Source: an uncultured Pseudomonadota bacterium
Lineage (GTDB): Bacteria > Pseudomonadota > Alphaproteobacteria > RF32 > CAG-239
NCBI GenBank assembly: GCA_902788365.1
Contig: CADAJN010000003.1
Coordinates: 58,656-122,655 of the forward strand
Direction: 5' to 3'
DNA length: 64,000 nt
This document shows, piece by piece, positions 30,885-40,765 of the stretch (position 1 is its first letter; every line of letters begins with the position of its first letter). A program made the position numbers and the translations under genes. The notes under the pieces were generated by a model. It was not told the DNA's origin and made no database searches. It worked only from the letters and a program-made list of their open reading frames with translations.

Positions 30885-31145
30885 TACTTTACTAAGGATT
30901 TATATAATTTCAATCGTTAAGTGCTTCAAAAACAAAGCTTAAAAAGAAATATGCATATAACCGTTTGATTTATATAAAAAAGTTTGATTAAAAAAATTGT
31001 GTATATTTTTACGAGTAAAATAAAAGAAATAACACTTTATATAGTTTTAAATATCTTGTTATAAGGCAAAATTTGTTTTTAAAAAGCGATAACCCTTTTG
31101 AACATGCGGCATTTTTAGGGTGCGACATACCAAAAGGGTTACAAG

Positions 31146-31523
31146 CTAGTTAGAAATTTTCTTCCGTTTTTTAATCGGAATTTTGTGCATAGTCTCCGGA
31201 TGAAAATCAGACGGCATCAGCTCGATGAGCATCAACGCGCGATCTCCACTAATCTGTCGGCTCAGCAAAAAGAACGTATTCTCGCCCTCATACTGCAAGG
31301 CTGCTCCCACAAGAATAGGCCATTCGGCGACGTTTCCGGTCTTTTCAACCACCTTACCGGTGCGCAAATCACGATACTTGCCATTTGCAACGACACAAGG
31401 AACAATCTCCTTGATATTGCGATGGCCATAGTCCAAAACCTGCGGAATTGAATTGAATCCGCTGATGTGTCCAAAAAACACCAGGTTCACCACTTTGTCC
31501 GAAGACAGAACTTTTTTAACCAT
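31146..31523 (-). CDS. Hypothetical protein (125 aa)
   Basis: ORF with reasonable composition in the AT-rich islet. No motif. Confidence 0.4.
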   Translation of the reverse strand: MVKKVLSSDKVVNLVFFGHISGFNSIPQVLDYGHRNIKEIVPCVVANGKYRDLRTGKVVEKTGNVAEWPILVGAALQYEGENTFFLLSRQISGDRALMLIELMPSDFHPETMHKIPIKKRKKISN

Positions 31524-31646
31524 AATTGTATAAAATTAAAAATAGCGATTTGGCTAAGTTTATACCCTATTTTTGTTCTTTTGTCAACTATTTTTTATTT
31601 GTTTGTTAAAATATTTTTACTTTTTGCAATATACCCAACAAAAAAA

Positions 31647-31676
31647 GCCTCCTGAAAAGGAGGCTTTGTTTTACTT
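31647..31676. terminator. Bidirectional terminator
   Basis: AGCCTCC-tgaaaa-GGAGGCT flanked by A6 and TTGTTTT. Confidence 0.6.
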
Positions 31677-31687
31677 ACTACATATTC

Positions 31688-31918
31688 TTAATGATCTCTT
31701 TCAATGAAGTCAGTCGCACCATAGATTAAATTCTGATAAGCGGCATTAACGCGTTGGTCGTAAGTTTTGCGTTCACCGGCTTTTTCGTCTGTCGTTTTAA
31801 ATGTATTTTTATCATCTTTCGGTGTTGCAAGCACAGCCGCATCTTGAACAGACATACCTTTCTTTTCTTCAAGTAAAGCTTTTTGCTCTTTAACGTGTTT
31901 AACTGCATTATTTGCCAT
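31688..31918 (-). CDS. Hypothetical small protein (76 aa)
   Basis: ORF with a terminator immediately downstream. Confidence 0.35.
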   Translation of the reverse strand: MANNAVKHVKEQKALLEEKKGMSVQDAAVLATPKDDKNTFKTTDEKAGERKTYDQRVNAAYQNLIYGATDFIERDH

Positions 31919-32053
31919 AATCGCTCTCCTTATGTTGTTTTACTGTATTAAGGATACGCCCTTTGCCACTTTTGTCAATATAAATTTTGGCACAAAAAAA
32001 TCCGGCGTTTGTGTAAACGTCGGATTTTTTTATAAGTTCATTCAGCTGATCAT

Positions 32054-32419
32054 TCAGCTGAAAACAGGTGTTCCCGTAGTAACCACCGGTGAGAAGTGGC
32101 CTTGCTCGTATCGTGTTGTCTGGTCTATTGAGCCAACACGGCACCTCTTGCTTTTCCCGAAGCCACGAACGATACGACTGTTGAAATCCTCAAGGGCAAT
32201 CTCGGCACGAGCTTCCTCTGGGGTGTAGGCGCATTCTTTTGTCAGGTGTTCAAAGACTTGCTTGTCGTAGGCCTTCTTGGCGTTAATTGCTCCCTCGTGT
32301 ACCTGCTGGCCAAAAAGCTTTGCAGCAATCTTGCCAAGCTGAATTTCTTCCACTGTTAATTCTCTCTGCTCTTTGACTTCCTTCAAGAAGTGGAGCACTG
32401 TTCTGGGATCCATATCCAT
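32054..32419 (-). CDS. Hypothetical protein (start set at MDMDPRT)
   Basis: ORF. Its 3' third lies in an unusually GC-rich segment with a TTCAGCTGA direct repeat. Confidence 0.3.
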   Translation of the reverse strand: MDMDPRTVLHFLKEVKEQRELTVEEIQLGKIAAKLFGQQVHEGAINAKKAYDKQVFEHLTKECAYTPEEARAEIALEDFNSRIVRGFGKSKRCRVGSIDQTTRYEQGHFSPVVTTGTPVFS

Positions 32420-32530
32420 AATATACAAATGTTTAAAAAAGTTAATAATTAATATTTGTCTAAAATATAGCACACCGTTTTCTTTTTGTCAACGGTTAAA
32501 ATGAATTTTTTTATTATTTATGTGAAAAAA

Positions 32531-33232
32531 TCAGTAATATTTCCAAACAATAGCGCAATCGTTGGCCGAATCGCAGTTGCACGCCACATTTGCCTGTGCC
32601 ATTGGCAACGGCACACCGGTTATACCGCCGACACACGCTGTAACTGAGCCGGCTGTTGCTTGTGCGCCGGTGCAAGCAATACTGTTTTCCTGAAATTCTA
32701 AGCCGTCCGAACCGATAATATCGGTCAGTTCATCTGTGTTAGCCGAATCCTGCTCGGTCGGTTTACCGCTCACTCTTAAACCGATAAGCCCTGATGACGG
32801 GCCGGCATTCCAATCATAAGTCGCCACTGTCACGCACGCCTCGCGCGGCAATCCCGTATATTTGATTAAAAAAGCCTTTTGATCATTTCTAATGCCCGAA
32901 ACACTATAGCCGATTTGACCGGCCGCCACCGTAATTTGCCCGTTAAACGGATTACGAATCTGCTGACTTTCGCTATCCGCCGACACATCTGTCGGCAAAA
33001 GCGATTTTTGCTCAATCAGCACCTGATTGTTCAGCTCGGCATAAGAGGTTTGCTCGGCATAATGCCGGCGAATATTATCAGACAATGCCAAAACCTGATC
33101 AATAACCTGATTGGCCTTATAGCGCATCACCGCTTTGGAATAACCGGCAAATGCACCGAGCGTCAGCAAAATGGCAATCGCCAAAATGCTTAAAATTTCA
33201 AGTGTTGAACGACCGGTTTCATTTTTATCCAT
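32531..33232 (-). CDS. Type IV pilin-like protein, paralogue of 6185-6859
   Basis: Leader MDKNETG followed by RSTLEILSILAIAILLTLGAF (E+5). GGAG RBS. Shares LPREACVTVATYDW and the Cys-rich C-terminus with the first pilin. Confidence 0.65.
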   Translation of the reverse strand: MDKNETGRSTLEILSILAIAILLTLGAFAGYSKAVMRYKANQVIDQVLALSDNIRRHYAEQTSYAELNNQVLIEQKSLLPTDVSADSESQQIRNPFNGQITVAAGQIGYSVSGIRNDQKAFLIKYTGLPREACVTVATYDWNAGPSSGLIGLRVSGKPTEQDSANTDELTDIIGSDGLEFQENSIACTGAQATAGSVTACVGGITGVPLPMAQANVACNCDSANDCAIVWKYY

Positions 33233-33467
33233 TTTTTTCTCCATGGTTTTCGGATAACCATAATCTGTTGTCAGTATAACGATTTTCTGTAGCGAATCAA
33301 GCTCAAACGCAAGATTATCCCTATTGACAAGATTCGTTTTATAAATCAGATACGGCATTATCGGACTTGCGCCCGAAGATTGTTACGTCGTGCTAATCTA
33401 TTCTTATAAAAGAAGAAGCGGTAGATGCCTTGACCGCGCAAAGCGCGGAGGCATGACTTGTTATTTA

Positions 33468-33665
33468 AAAACCTCGGATAATGAGCTTAATACGAAGAAA
33501 GTTTTCTCACGCGGTGTAGATAATACTACATAAGTGAAGAGGCATACAAGTAGACACCAGCTAGACGAGGTTAAAACCTCGGATAGCGTGCGTGATTACG
33601 CCGTAATTTTTAGACGCCGCGTAGATAATGCTACGCAAGGAAAAAAATTACAAGTAAGCACCAGC
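33468..33665. repeat. Cluster C of palindromic extragenic elements (2 units; unit 2 overlaps the kdsB 3' end)
   Basis: AAAACCTCGGATAATGAGC...CAAGTAGACACCAGCTAGACGAGGTT, then AAAACCTCGGATAGCGTGCG...ACAAGTAAGCACCAGC. Confidence 0.8.
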
Positions 33666-34437
33666 TTTTGATGTATGGCAGGGAATTGGCCAAATCCTCT
33701 TCCGTGTTAATGTCTGCCGGAGCTTCTTTAACCAGCTTAATATTATCAACCAACATTGCACGCACTTCCATGCCGTTTTCCAAAGCACGCAACTGCTCTA
33801 AAGCCTCACGCTTTTCCAAAACACCGGTCGGCAGTGAAACCATTTTTTGTAACGACGCCGCTTTAAACACATAAATACCGATGTGATAATATAAATCCTG
33901 ATTCGGGCATTTTTCCGGATTACGCGTATATGGTGCCGTAGCGCGAGTAAAATACAAACAGCGCGCTTCTTTTTCGCCCTCTTTCAAACCCATAATGATT
34001 TTGACCACATTCGGGTTGTTTTTATCTTCTTCCGAAGTAATCAGCATACCGCAAGTGGCAATATCGCAACCGGTGCGCTCTACCATTTCAATCAGAGGCA
34101 GCGTTACTTTCGGGTCCACATTGATGTTGTCGCCCTGAAAATCAACAACAATATCATATTTTGTGCCTTCCGGATCCAAAATTTTAAGCGCCGCGGCAAT
34201 ACGGTCGGTGCCGCTCGGCAGATTCGGATCAGTTAAAATCGCCGTAGCGCCGAATTTTTTACATTCATCAACAATGGCCTGATCGCCGGCTGCAATCGCA
34301 ATATCGGTATTTAACGCAGCCTTTACGTTTTCATATACGCGTTGCACCATGGTTTTGCCGTTTATCACGCGCAGTGGTTTATTCGGCAAACGTGTAGCGG
34401 CTAAACGCACCGGCATTAAAGTAATAACTCTGCTCAT
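33631..34437 (-). CDS. kdsB: 3-deoxy-manno-octulosonate cytidylyltransferase
   Basis: PVRLAATRLPNKPL N-terminus and overall KdsB similarity. The last 11 codons (SWCLLVIFFLA) and the stop are encoded by repeat unit C2. Confidence 0.85.
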   Translation of the reverse strand: MSRVITLMPVRLAATRLPNKPLRVINGKTMVQRVYENVKAALNTDIAIAAGDQAIVDECKKFGATAILTDPNLPSGTDRIAAALKILDPEGTKYDIVVDFQGDNINVDPKVTLPLIEMVERTGCDIATCGMLITSEEDKNNPNVVKIIMGLKEGEKEARCLYFTRATAPYTRNPEKCPNQDLYYHIGIYVFKAASLQKMVSLPTGVLEKREALEQLRALENGMEVRAMLVDNIKLVKEAPADINTEEDLANSLPYIKSWCLLVIFFLA

Positions 34438-34453
34438 TTTAGTCTCCTTTTAA

Positions 34454-34885
34454 TTAGTCAATTTGATATTGCGGATTTTTCATCTGAATTAAAAATTCGG
34501 CTTTGATTTTGGCAATGGTTTGCGCTTTTTCTGCTGGTGTATACTTGGCTGTAGCATTATTCCACACCGTTGTCGGCCAATCCGGATCGCCGGCCTTGCG
34601 GCACACCACATGCACATGCAGTTGCGGTGTCATATTGCCGATCATTGCCACATTATCCTGATCGCACGGAAACAGCTTAAACATCACACTTTCAGCCAGC
34701 GCAATTTCACGCATGAGCTGCAAGCGCTCGTCCATGGTCAGGTTAGTCATATTTTTAACACCCTCTTTCATCGGCACCAAAAAAATCCACGGATAATACT
34801 TATTGTCTTCAAACAATACGCGGCACAATTTCAAATCAAGCACAAAATCTTTAGCCGCCAATCCTGCCACCAATTCAAAAGCCAT
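34454..34885 (-). CDS. HIT-family hydrolase
   Basis: Histidine triad LHVHVV. Confidence 0.7.
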   Translation of the reverse strand: MAFELVAGLAAKDFVLDLKLCRVLFEDNKYYPWIFLVPMKEGVKNMTNLTMDERLQLMREIALAESVMFKLFPCDQDNVAMIGNMTPQLHVHVVCRKAGDPDWPTTVWNNATAKYTPAEKAQTIAKIKAEFLIQMKNPQYQID

Positions 34886-35866
34886 TTATATTCCTCCCAC
34901 GCTTTTAATCTGTATGACTTGTTTTACATCAATATTTTCTTTTGCGCAAAGACTTTCAACCGTCTGCCCACCGCTAATTGCCTCTGCCGTTACACCGGTT
35001 TCAACGCACAAAATCGGCGCAATTCCGGCATTTATACCGCCTTTAATATCGGTGCGCACTGTATCGCCGATCATACATGTTTTGTTTTTTTCAACCGTGA
35101 TACCGTTTTGATGTAAAATTTCAAACACATAATCATAAATATTACGATGCGGCTTGCCAAACTCCAAAACCTCGCTTCCTTTTTGCCGCAACATTTCGGC
35201 AATCATACCGTTACGCACCACAAATACGGCACCGGAATTTGCCACCAGCGGATGGCCTTCTTTAGCGGTCCAATCCGGATTAGCGTTAAGTGTCGGTAGT
35301 TTGCGCCGCACCGCTTCATCAACAATTTGTTCAAACGGTGCCGGCGTTAATGTATCCCACACCGTAATCTGCCCGTTTTCATCTTGCGCCACCGGCCAAT
35401 ATTCGCTCATATATTGCGGATATTGCGCCACATCGCCGGTGAACATAAACGGCACACCGATATAAACAAAATTAGCCTCATCTAACGTTGGCACCTGCAT
35501 ATATTTTGTATTAGCAAAAGCCTTGCTGTGCGGTTTTCCAATAACATAATATTTTTGCGGATTCGGAGATGAAGAAAAACTGATTTGACCGCTTTGCAAG
35601 CGCTGTTTAAGCAAATCGCCGGAGCTTATCAAATATTGATAATGAACCCCCTGTTTAAGACCGCGTTTGTCGTATGAAGCAACCAAATCAGAACTCAATG
35701 CCGAAGAATTTGATACCACAACAACGGTTTTACCGGAGCGCACCAAGTCAGCCATCACCTCACGACTGCCGGCGTAAAATCCGTTACCTTCCCAAAATAC
35801 GCCATACGCGTCAAAAATAAAAATATCATACGCCTCTGCCACGGCACGCAAACCGTTATAAATCAC
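34886..35866 (-). CDS. HAD-superfamily hydrolase (subfamily IIA-like)
   Basis: DAYGVFW N-terminal HAD motif I variant. C-terminal MIGDTVRTDIKGG is motif IV. Confidence 0.65.
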   Translation of the reverse strand: MIYNGLRAVAEAYDIFIFDAYGVFWEGNGFYAGSREVMADLVRSGKTVVVVSNSSALSSDLVASYDKRGLKQGVHYQYLISSGDLLKQRLQSGQISFSSSPNPQKYYVIGKPHSKAFANTKYMQVPTLDEANFVYIGVPFMFTGDVAQYPQYMSEYWPVAQDENGQITVWDTLTPAPFEQIVDEAVRRKLPTLNANPDWTAKEGHPLVANSGAVFVVRNGMIAEMLRQKGSEVLEFGKPHRNIYDYVFEILHQNGITVEKNKTCMIGDTVRTDIKGGINAGIAPILCVETGVTAEAISGGQTVESLCAKENIDVKQVIQIKSVGGI

Positions 35867-36929
35867 CTTTTGCCTCCATCATTAAAGTGTGCCGCACCTG
35901 ATACGGCAACTTTATTTTTTGATAATCCGAATTCTGCGCCGTAAAATCGGCCCAATCCTTAGCTTTAAAATGTGTTTTTTGCCGTATTTCCGGAACCACC
36001 CAAACCGTTTGACCGGCCAAAATAAACTCTTTTTGCCCAAGGGTCGCGCTTGTAAAGGGTAAGCGTCGCATTCTGGAAACCAAACGCAACACCCTTTCGG
36101 CACGCGGCATATATTTTTGCCGACTTAAACGCGCCAAAATCCGAAATTGTATTTCCGCATGCCAACTCAAAAAATCGCTGAATCTAAAATAAAAAACATG
36201 GCGACCATAGCAATGCACCGATGATTCCATAATCGCTTCAACCTGCGTTTCAATATAATCTTCGGCACTTTGTAAACAACGCGTGGCTATGCAAATTTTT
36301 TCAACAGAAATGCCGCTTTTTTGTTGCAAAAGGGGCAAAAATGCACGCATTTTATTGCGCTCAAAGCGTTTATCGCTATTGGATTCGTCCGTAATCCATG
36401 CCACGTTTTTAGTCTGTAAATATGCTTGCAATTCTTGCGGTCGCCAACTTAAAAGCGGACGCAAAATTTTCAAACCCTGCCACTTGCTAAGCTCACGCAT
36501 AGCACATAATCCCTCTAAACCACTGCCTCGCCGCAATCTGAGCAAAAAGGTTTCGGCTTGATCCTGACTGTGATGAGCCACAAATAAACACCTGATTTGA
36601 TGCGCTTCACACCAATCTTTAAGCAAACCATAGCGCGCCTCTCGCGCGGCCGCTTCCACATTGGCTTGCGGTTTGGCACCAAACCACTCCAAAATATGAT
36701 GTTCAATACCGAATTTTTGCATAACTTCAGCCACATATTGCGCTTCTTGCGATGAATTAGGGCGCAAATGATGATCTACCGTCAGCGCCACAATGCGCCG
36801 GCCGAAAACAGCTAATTGCTCTTGAAGCATCAACGCCAGTGCCATAGAATCAGCACCGCCGGAAACTCCGACGGCTAAGACATTATCTTCAATATGATGT
36901 TTTTGCAAAAATGCCTGCACGGTTAACAA
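35856..36929 (-). CDS. tilS: tRNA(Ile)-lysidine synthetase
   Basis: PP-loop AVGVSGGADSMALALML. Confidence 0.8.
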   Translation of the reverse strand: MLTVQAFLQKHHIEDNVLAVGVSGGADSMALALMLQEQLAVFGRRIVALTVDHHLRPNSSQEAQYVAEVMQKFGIEHHILEWFGAKPQANVEAAAREARYGLLKDWCEAHQIRCLFVAHHSQDQAETFLLRLRRGSGLEGLCAMRELSKWQGLKILRPLLSWRPQELQAYLQTKNVAWITDESNSDKRFERNKMRAFLPLLQQKSGISVEKICIATRCLQSAEDYIETQVEAIMESSVHCYGRHVFYFRFSDFLSWHAEIQFRILARLSRQKYMPRAERVLRLVSRMRRLPFTSATLGQKEFILAGQTVWVVPEIRQKTHFKAKDWADFTAQNSDYQKIKLPYQVRHTLMMEAKGDL

Positions 36930-37843
36930 CCCAATCGCTTAGCCTCATTAGCGGCTTTTTTCTTCAAATCGGCCTCTGCTTTTGGAAATTCTTCATCAAA
37001 ACTGTTAAACACAATGCATGCATTCTTGGTTTCTTTTAAATTAGCTAAAATCACACCCAAACGATATAAACTGTCAGCTGCTTTATTGCCGTTTTTATAT
37101 TTTTCGTAACCGTTCTTAAATGCTACTTTGGCTTTTTGCGGATGCCCTTGTTTGACATATACTTCACCTAACCAATATTGAGCATTACCGGCCAATTTAT
37201 GCTTTGGCGCTTCTTTTAAAATGCGTTCAAATGCGAGCTCGGCTTCGTCAAAATAGCCGCCGTTATAGGCTTGCATGGCTGCAGCATACATTTCATCTGC
37301 CTTAATATTTTGCGCCGTTGACGCGGCTTTTACCTCAGTTTTTTCAGGCTCGGCCGCTTCGTCCGATTTCTCAGACTCGCTTTGTAACGGCTTTAACTCA
37401 TCAGTTTTAATATTATCGCCCACCACGGCTTTTGCGCCGCCTGTTGCCACCGGTGCATTATAAGTTTGCGGAATGGTCACGGTTGAATTTGTCAGATTGC
37501 TCGGAATCGGTCGGCCTTCTAAAATTTTAAAGCGAATTTCAATATCACGATTCAGCTTATCCAATTTTTGTTCAAGCTGACGCATTTTGTGCTCAATTTC
37601 ATCCTGACGACCGTTATATTGACGCATAGTTTCTTCCCACGCCGTCAATTTCTTCTGTATATCTGCCGTTGCATCAGATTTTTGTTGTTCGGCATTATCA
37701 TTATTGCGATACATTTGTCGCTGTAAAACTTGTAATTCTTCTCTGATATTGGCCAACTCGCTTTCCATACCGGCACCGGCGGCCTGCACCGGCATTCCGG
37801 ATAATCCCCACAACAAGGCCGATAAAACTAATACACGCTTCAT
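36923..37843 (-). CDS. cpoB: Tol-Pal system protein CpoB/YbgF (coiled coil plus TPR)
   Basis: Signal peptide, long coiled-coil region and a C-terminal TPR-like segment. Immediately upstream of pal. Confidence 0.7.
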   Translation of the reverse strand: MKRVLVLSALLWGLSGMPVQAAGAGMESELANIREELQVLQRQMYRNNDNAEQQKSDATADIQKKLTAWEETMRQYNGRQDEIEHKMRQLEQKLDKLNRDIEIRFKILEGRPIPSNLTNSTVTIPQTYNAPVATGGAKAVVGDNIKTDELKPLQSESEKSDEAAEPEKTEVKAASTAQNIKADEMYAAAMQAYNGGYFDEAELAFERILKEAPKHKLAGNAQYWLGEVYVKQGHPQKAKVAFKNGYEKYKNGNKAADSLYRLGVILANLKETKNACIVFNSFDEEFPKAEADLKKKAANEAKRLGC

Positions 37844-37904
37844 TTATTTCTCCTTAGATTAATTTGCGTTAAATATAGAATATTTTTTTATAAATCACAA
37901 GCGC

Positions 37905-37940
37905 AAAAAAAACGCATCTGAAATAACAGATGCGTTTTTC
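37905..37940. terminator. Bidirectional terminator downstream of pal
   Basis: ACGCATCTG-aaataa-CAGATGCGT followed by T5. Confidence 0.65.
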
Positions 37941-37964
37941 CAAATTTCCGACTTGTGCCAAAAA

Positions 37965-38429
37965 TTATTCAACAGTGCTCAACACTGTAACGGCACGACG
38001 GTTTTGAGCCCAAGCTGCTTCGTTGCTGCCGAATACAGCCGGTCTTTCTTTACCGTAAGAAATTGTAGAAATTCTGTGTTCTGCAATACCTTGAGATACC
38101 AAGTATTGTTTAACGGCGTTAGCACGGCGTTCACCTAATGCTAAGTTGTATTCACGAGTGCCGCGTTCATCGCAATAACCTTGAACGATTACGTTAGCAT
38201 CTTCGTGATTCTTCAACCAGTTAACTTGGGTATCCAAAGCGGCAACAGCTTCAGCAGACAAAGCAGAGCTGTCAAAAGCAAAGAATACAGTATCTGTAGA
38301 ATTTTCAGCAAAATTGCGAGCTAATCTGGATTCGCAGTCAGCACCGCTGAACAAACCGCCGTCCATACCGAACATAGAGCAGCCTGACAAAGCAACTAAA
38401 GCTACGAACAAACTTAAAAGTTTTTTCAT
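37965..38429 (-). CDS. pal: Peptidoglycan-associated lipoprotein Pal (OmpA-like domain)
   Basis: Lipobox LSGCS. OmpA-C motif YCDERGTREYNLALGERRANAV. Confidence 0.9.
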   Translation of the reverse strand: MKKLLSLFVALVALSGCSMFGMDGGLFSGADCESRLARNFAENSTDTVFFAFDSSALSAEAVAALDTQVNWLKNHEDANVIVQGYCDERGTREYNLALGERRANAVKQYLVSQGIAEHRISTISYGKERPAVFGSNEAAWAQNRRAVTVLSTVE

Positions 38430-38635
38430 TTTATTTTCTCCATATGGTTTTTTACATTTATGTATTTCAACTAATACAGTCTTAAATTAAGAAATATTTG
38501 TAAATTTTTCAATAAGAAAAATAAAAAAAATAGCAATAAAGTTAAAAATTGTGCATTATTTTTTATCTTTTAGTTCTAAATAACAGAATATACATTGTTT
38601 TTTTTAAATTTGGGAAAATACCCGCAAAGGTGTTT

Positions 38636-40396
38636 TTATTGGTTTTTATAAGCGGCTTTAACAATATTTTTTTGTTTTTCAATATCAAAATCTACCTGCA
38701 CATTAAGTTGTGGTGCCACCGAAGTGATAATATTTTTGGTAATTGGCACCGCATTCCAGCCGGCTTCGGTATGACCGAACGTTTCTTTACTGCCTTTCGG
38801 ATCATCAACCACCACCAAAAGTGCATACTGCGGATTAGACTCCGGAAAACCGGAAATAAATGTGGAAATACTCTTTTTATGATTATAGTGCCCGTTTTCC
38901 AATTTATCGGCCGTGCCGGTTTTGCCGAACACCTGATAGCCCTCAACATTAGCACGTCGTCCGGTGCCGCGCACCACCACTGCACGCAACAAATGCCGCA
39001 TGGATTCGGAGGTTTTTTCCGATACCACACGTCGCCCTTCACGATGCTTTTGCAGCAAAAGACTCGGTTCAAAATACATACCGCCGTTAACTACCGCCGC
39101 AAATGCGCTGATAATATGCATCGGCGTTGTTGAAATACCATATCCGTAGCTGATTGTTGCCATGGTATGATTGGTCCAGCGATTGGCATTCAAAAACAAC
39201 GGCCGAGCCACTTCCGGCAGTTCAAGCGCCGAAAGTTCCTTATCCATATTGATGCGTTGAAAAAATTGACGTTGAAACTTTTTACCCACCTGCATAACTT
39301 CTAGCGTTGAACCGATATTTGACGATTCTACCAAAATATCTTCCGGCGTTAACATTTTATGCGAGCCGTGCGGATCGGAAACGCGCGCCTTTCCAAAATA
39401 AACCGGTCTTGATGTATCAAATCTGTCAGTTACTTTCACTTTGCCGCTTTCCAAGCATAAGGCGGTATTAAACACCTTAAATACCGAGCCAGCTTCATAT
39501 ACGCCTTTAGTGGCAAAATTAAACATTTCGCGCTCGCCGACTTTAATATTTTCATTCGGATCAAAATCAGGCACCGAAGTCAAAGCTACAATTTGACCGG
39601 ATTTTACGTCCATCAAAATTGCTGCTGCACCTTCGGCATTAAATTGCTTAACCCCCTCAATTAAAGCATCGCGAATCGTATTTTGAATACCTAAATCCAC
39701 TGATAAATACAGTGGCTTGGTTGAGGTTGTCAATCGTTCGTTCATATATTTTTCCAAACCGGAAATTCCGACATTATCAATATTAGTATTGCCAAGCACA
39801 TGCGCAAACAAATTTTTATGCGGATAAATACGCTTTTCAAAATTTTCAAATTCCAGAGCCGGAATTCCTAAATTATTGACTTGCGATTGCTGCGCCGGCG
39901 ACAAATTACGCTTTAAATACACAAATGTGGTTTTACGGGTCAGTAAATCATAAAATCGTTCAAACGACACTTCCGGAAAAATGTAATTGAGTTTTTCTGC
40001 CACGTCACGCGGATTTTTTATCTTTTTGGCGTTGGCATAAAGATTAACCGTCGGCAACGATGTGGCTATAATTTCGCCGTTACGATCCAAAATGTCGGCA
40101 CGCTTCACCGGATTCTTCAAATGCAAAAATTCTTCTTCGGCCAACTGTTCGGAAGCAATTGCCGTATCAATATTGATGCCTTTACTTAAACAAACATAAC
40201 TGACGCGCGCGCACAATATAATATATGCCAAAACAAAACAACATAACGAAAAAATAATGCGCTGACGACAAATTAGAACATTATCGCTTTCTGTGGTATA
40301 GGTTTTGTGCGTCAGACCGCAAGAGATTTTCACCTCTTGCCCCGGCAGATAAAATCTGTCTGCATTTTTCTTTGAAAAACCTATCTTCAAACCCAT
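38636..40396 (-). CDS. ftsI: Peptidoglycan D,D-transpeptidase FtsI (PBP3-like)
   Basis: 586 aa with SxxK (SVFK), SSN and KTG(T) motifs. Lies within mraZ-rsmH-ftsL-ftsI. Confidence 0.9.
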   Translation of the reverse strand: MGLKIGFSKKNADRFYLPGQEVKISCGLTHKTYTTESDNVLICRQRIIFSLCCFVLAYIILCARVSYVCLSKGINIDTAIASEQLAEEEFLHLKNPVKRADILDRNGEIIATSLPTVNLYANAKKIKNPRDVAEKLNYIFPEVSFERFYDLLTRKTTFVYLKRNLSPAQQSQVNNLGIPALEFENFEKRIYPHKNLFAHVLGNTNIDNVGISGLEKYMNERLTTSTKPLYLSVDLGIQNTIRDALIEGVKQFNAEGAAAILMDVKSGQIVALTSVPDFDPNENIKVGEREMFNFATKGVYEAGSVFKVFNTALCLESGKVKVTDRFDTSRPVYFGKARVSDPHGSHKMLTPEDILVESSNIGSTLEVMQVGKKFQRQFFQRINMDKELSALELPEVARPLFLNANRWTNHTMATISYGYGISTTPMHIISAFAAVVNGGMYFEPSLLLQKHREGRRVVSEKTSESMRHLLRAVVVRGTGRRANVEGYQVFGKTGTADKLENGHYNHKKSISTFISGFPESNPQYALLVVVDDPKGSKETFGHTEAGWNAVPITKNIITSVAPQLNVQVDFDIEKQKNIVKAAYKNQ

Positions 40397-40398
40397 TT

Positions 40399-40761
40399 CT
40401 ATCTCTTAACAGCTTTAACAAATGTTGTTAAACCCTTATTATCGGTTTTACGCGGTTGTGCGGCGTTTCCGTCCTCGTAGTTAAACTGTAATACAGAATA
40501 GTTAATAATTTGTTCAGGCTTGGCATTTTCCAGCGATAATTGTTCATATGCCAATTTGCGTAGGCGTTCTGGCGTATTATAATGGCTCCACTCTGCCTTT
40601 AAAACGTGAATATTTTCAATATCTTTCTGTATATTTGTATTAATAGTTGCCAAACGGCGCTCCAAACGTTGCACCTTATTTTTCAGCACCGAAGAACCCA
40701 GTGCAACTGTAAGAGTCAGTGTCAACCATAAAATGACCATCGCTGTTTTAATGTTGCTCAA
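40399..40761 (-). CDS. ftsL: Cell division protein FtsL-like
   Basis: 120 aa with a single N-terminal TM plus coiled coil, positioned between rsmH and ftsI. Confidence 0.6.
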   Translation of the reverse strand: MSNIKTAMVILWLTLTLTVALGSSVLKNKVQRLERRLATINTNIQKDIENIHVLKAEWSHYNTPERLRKLAYEQLSLENAKPEQIINYSVLQFNYEDGNAAQPRKTDNKGLTTFVKAVKR

Positions 40762-40765
40762 TTTA

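Noticed and set aside
32054-32160. GC-rich segment with direct repeat TTCAGCTGA-tca-TTCAGCTGA as a possible ncRNA
   Set aside because: No convincing conserved structure or terminator. It lies inside the 3' end of an ORF and there is insufficient evidence.
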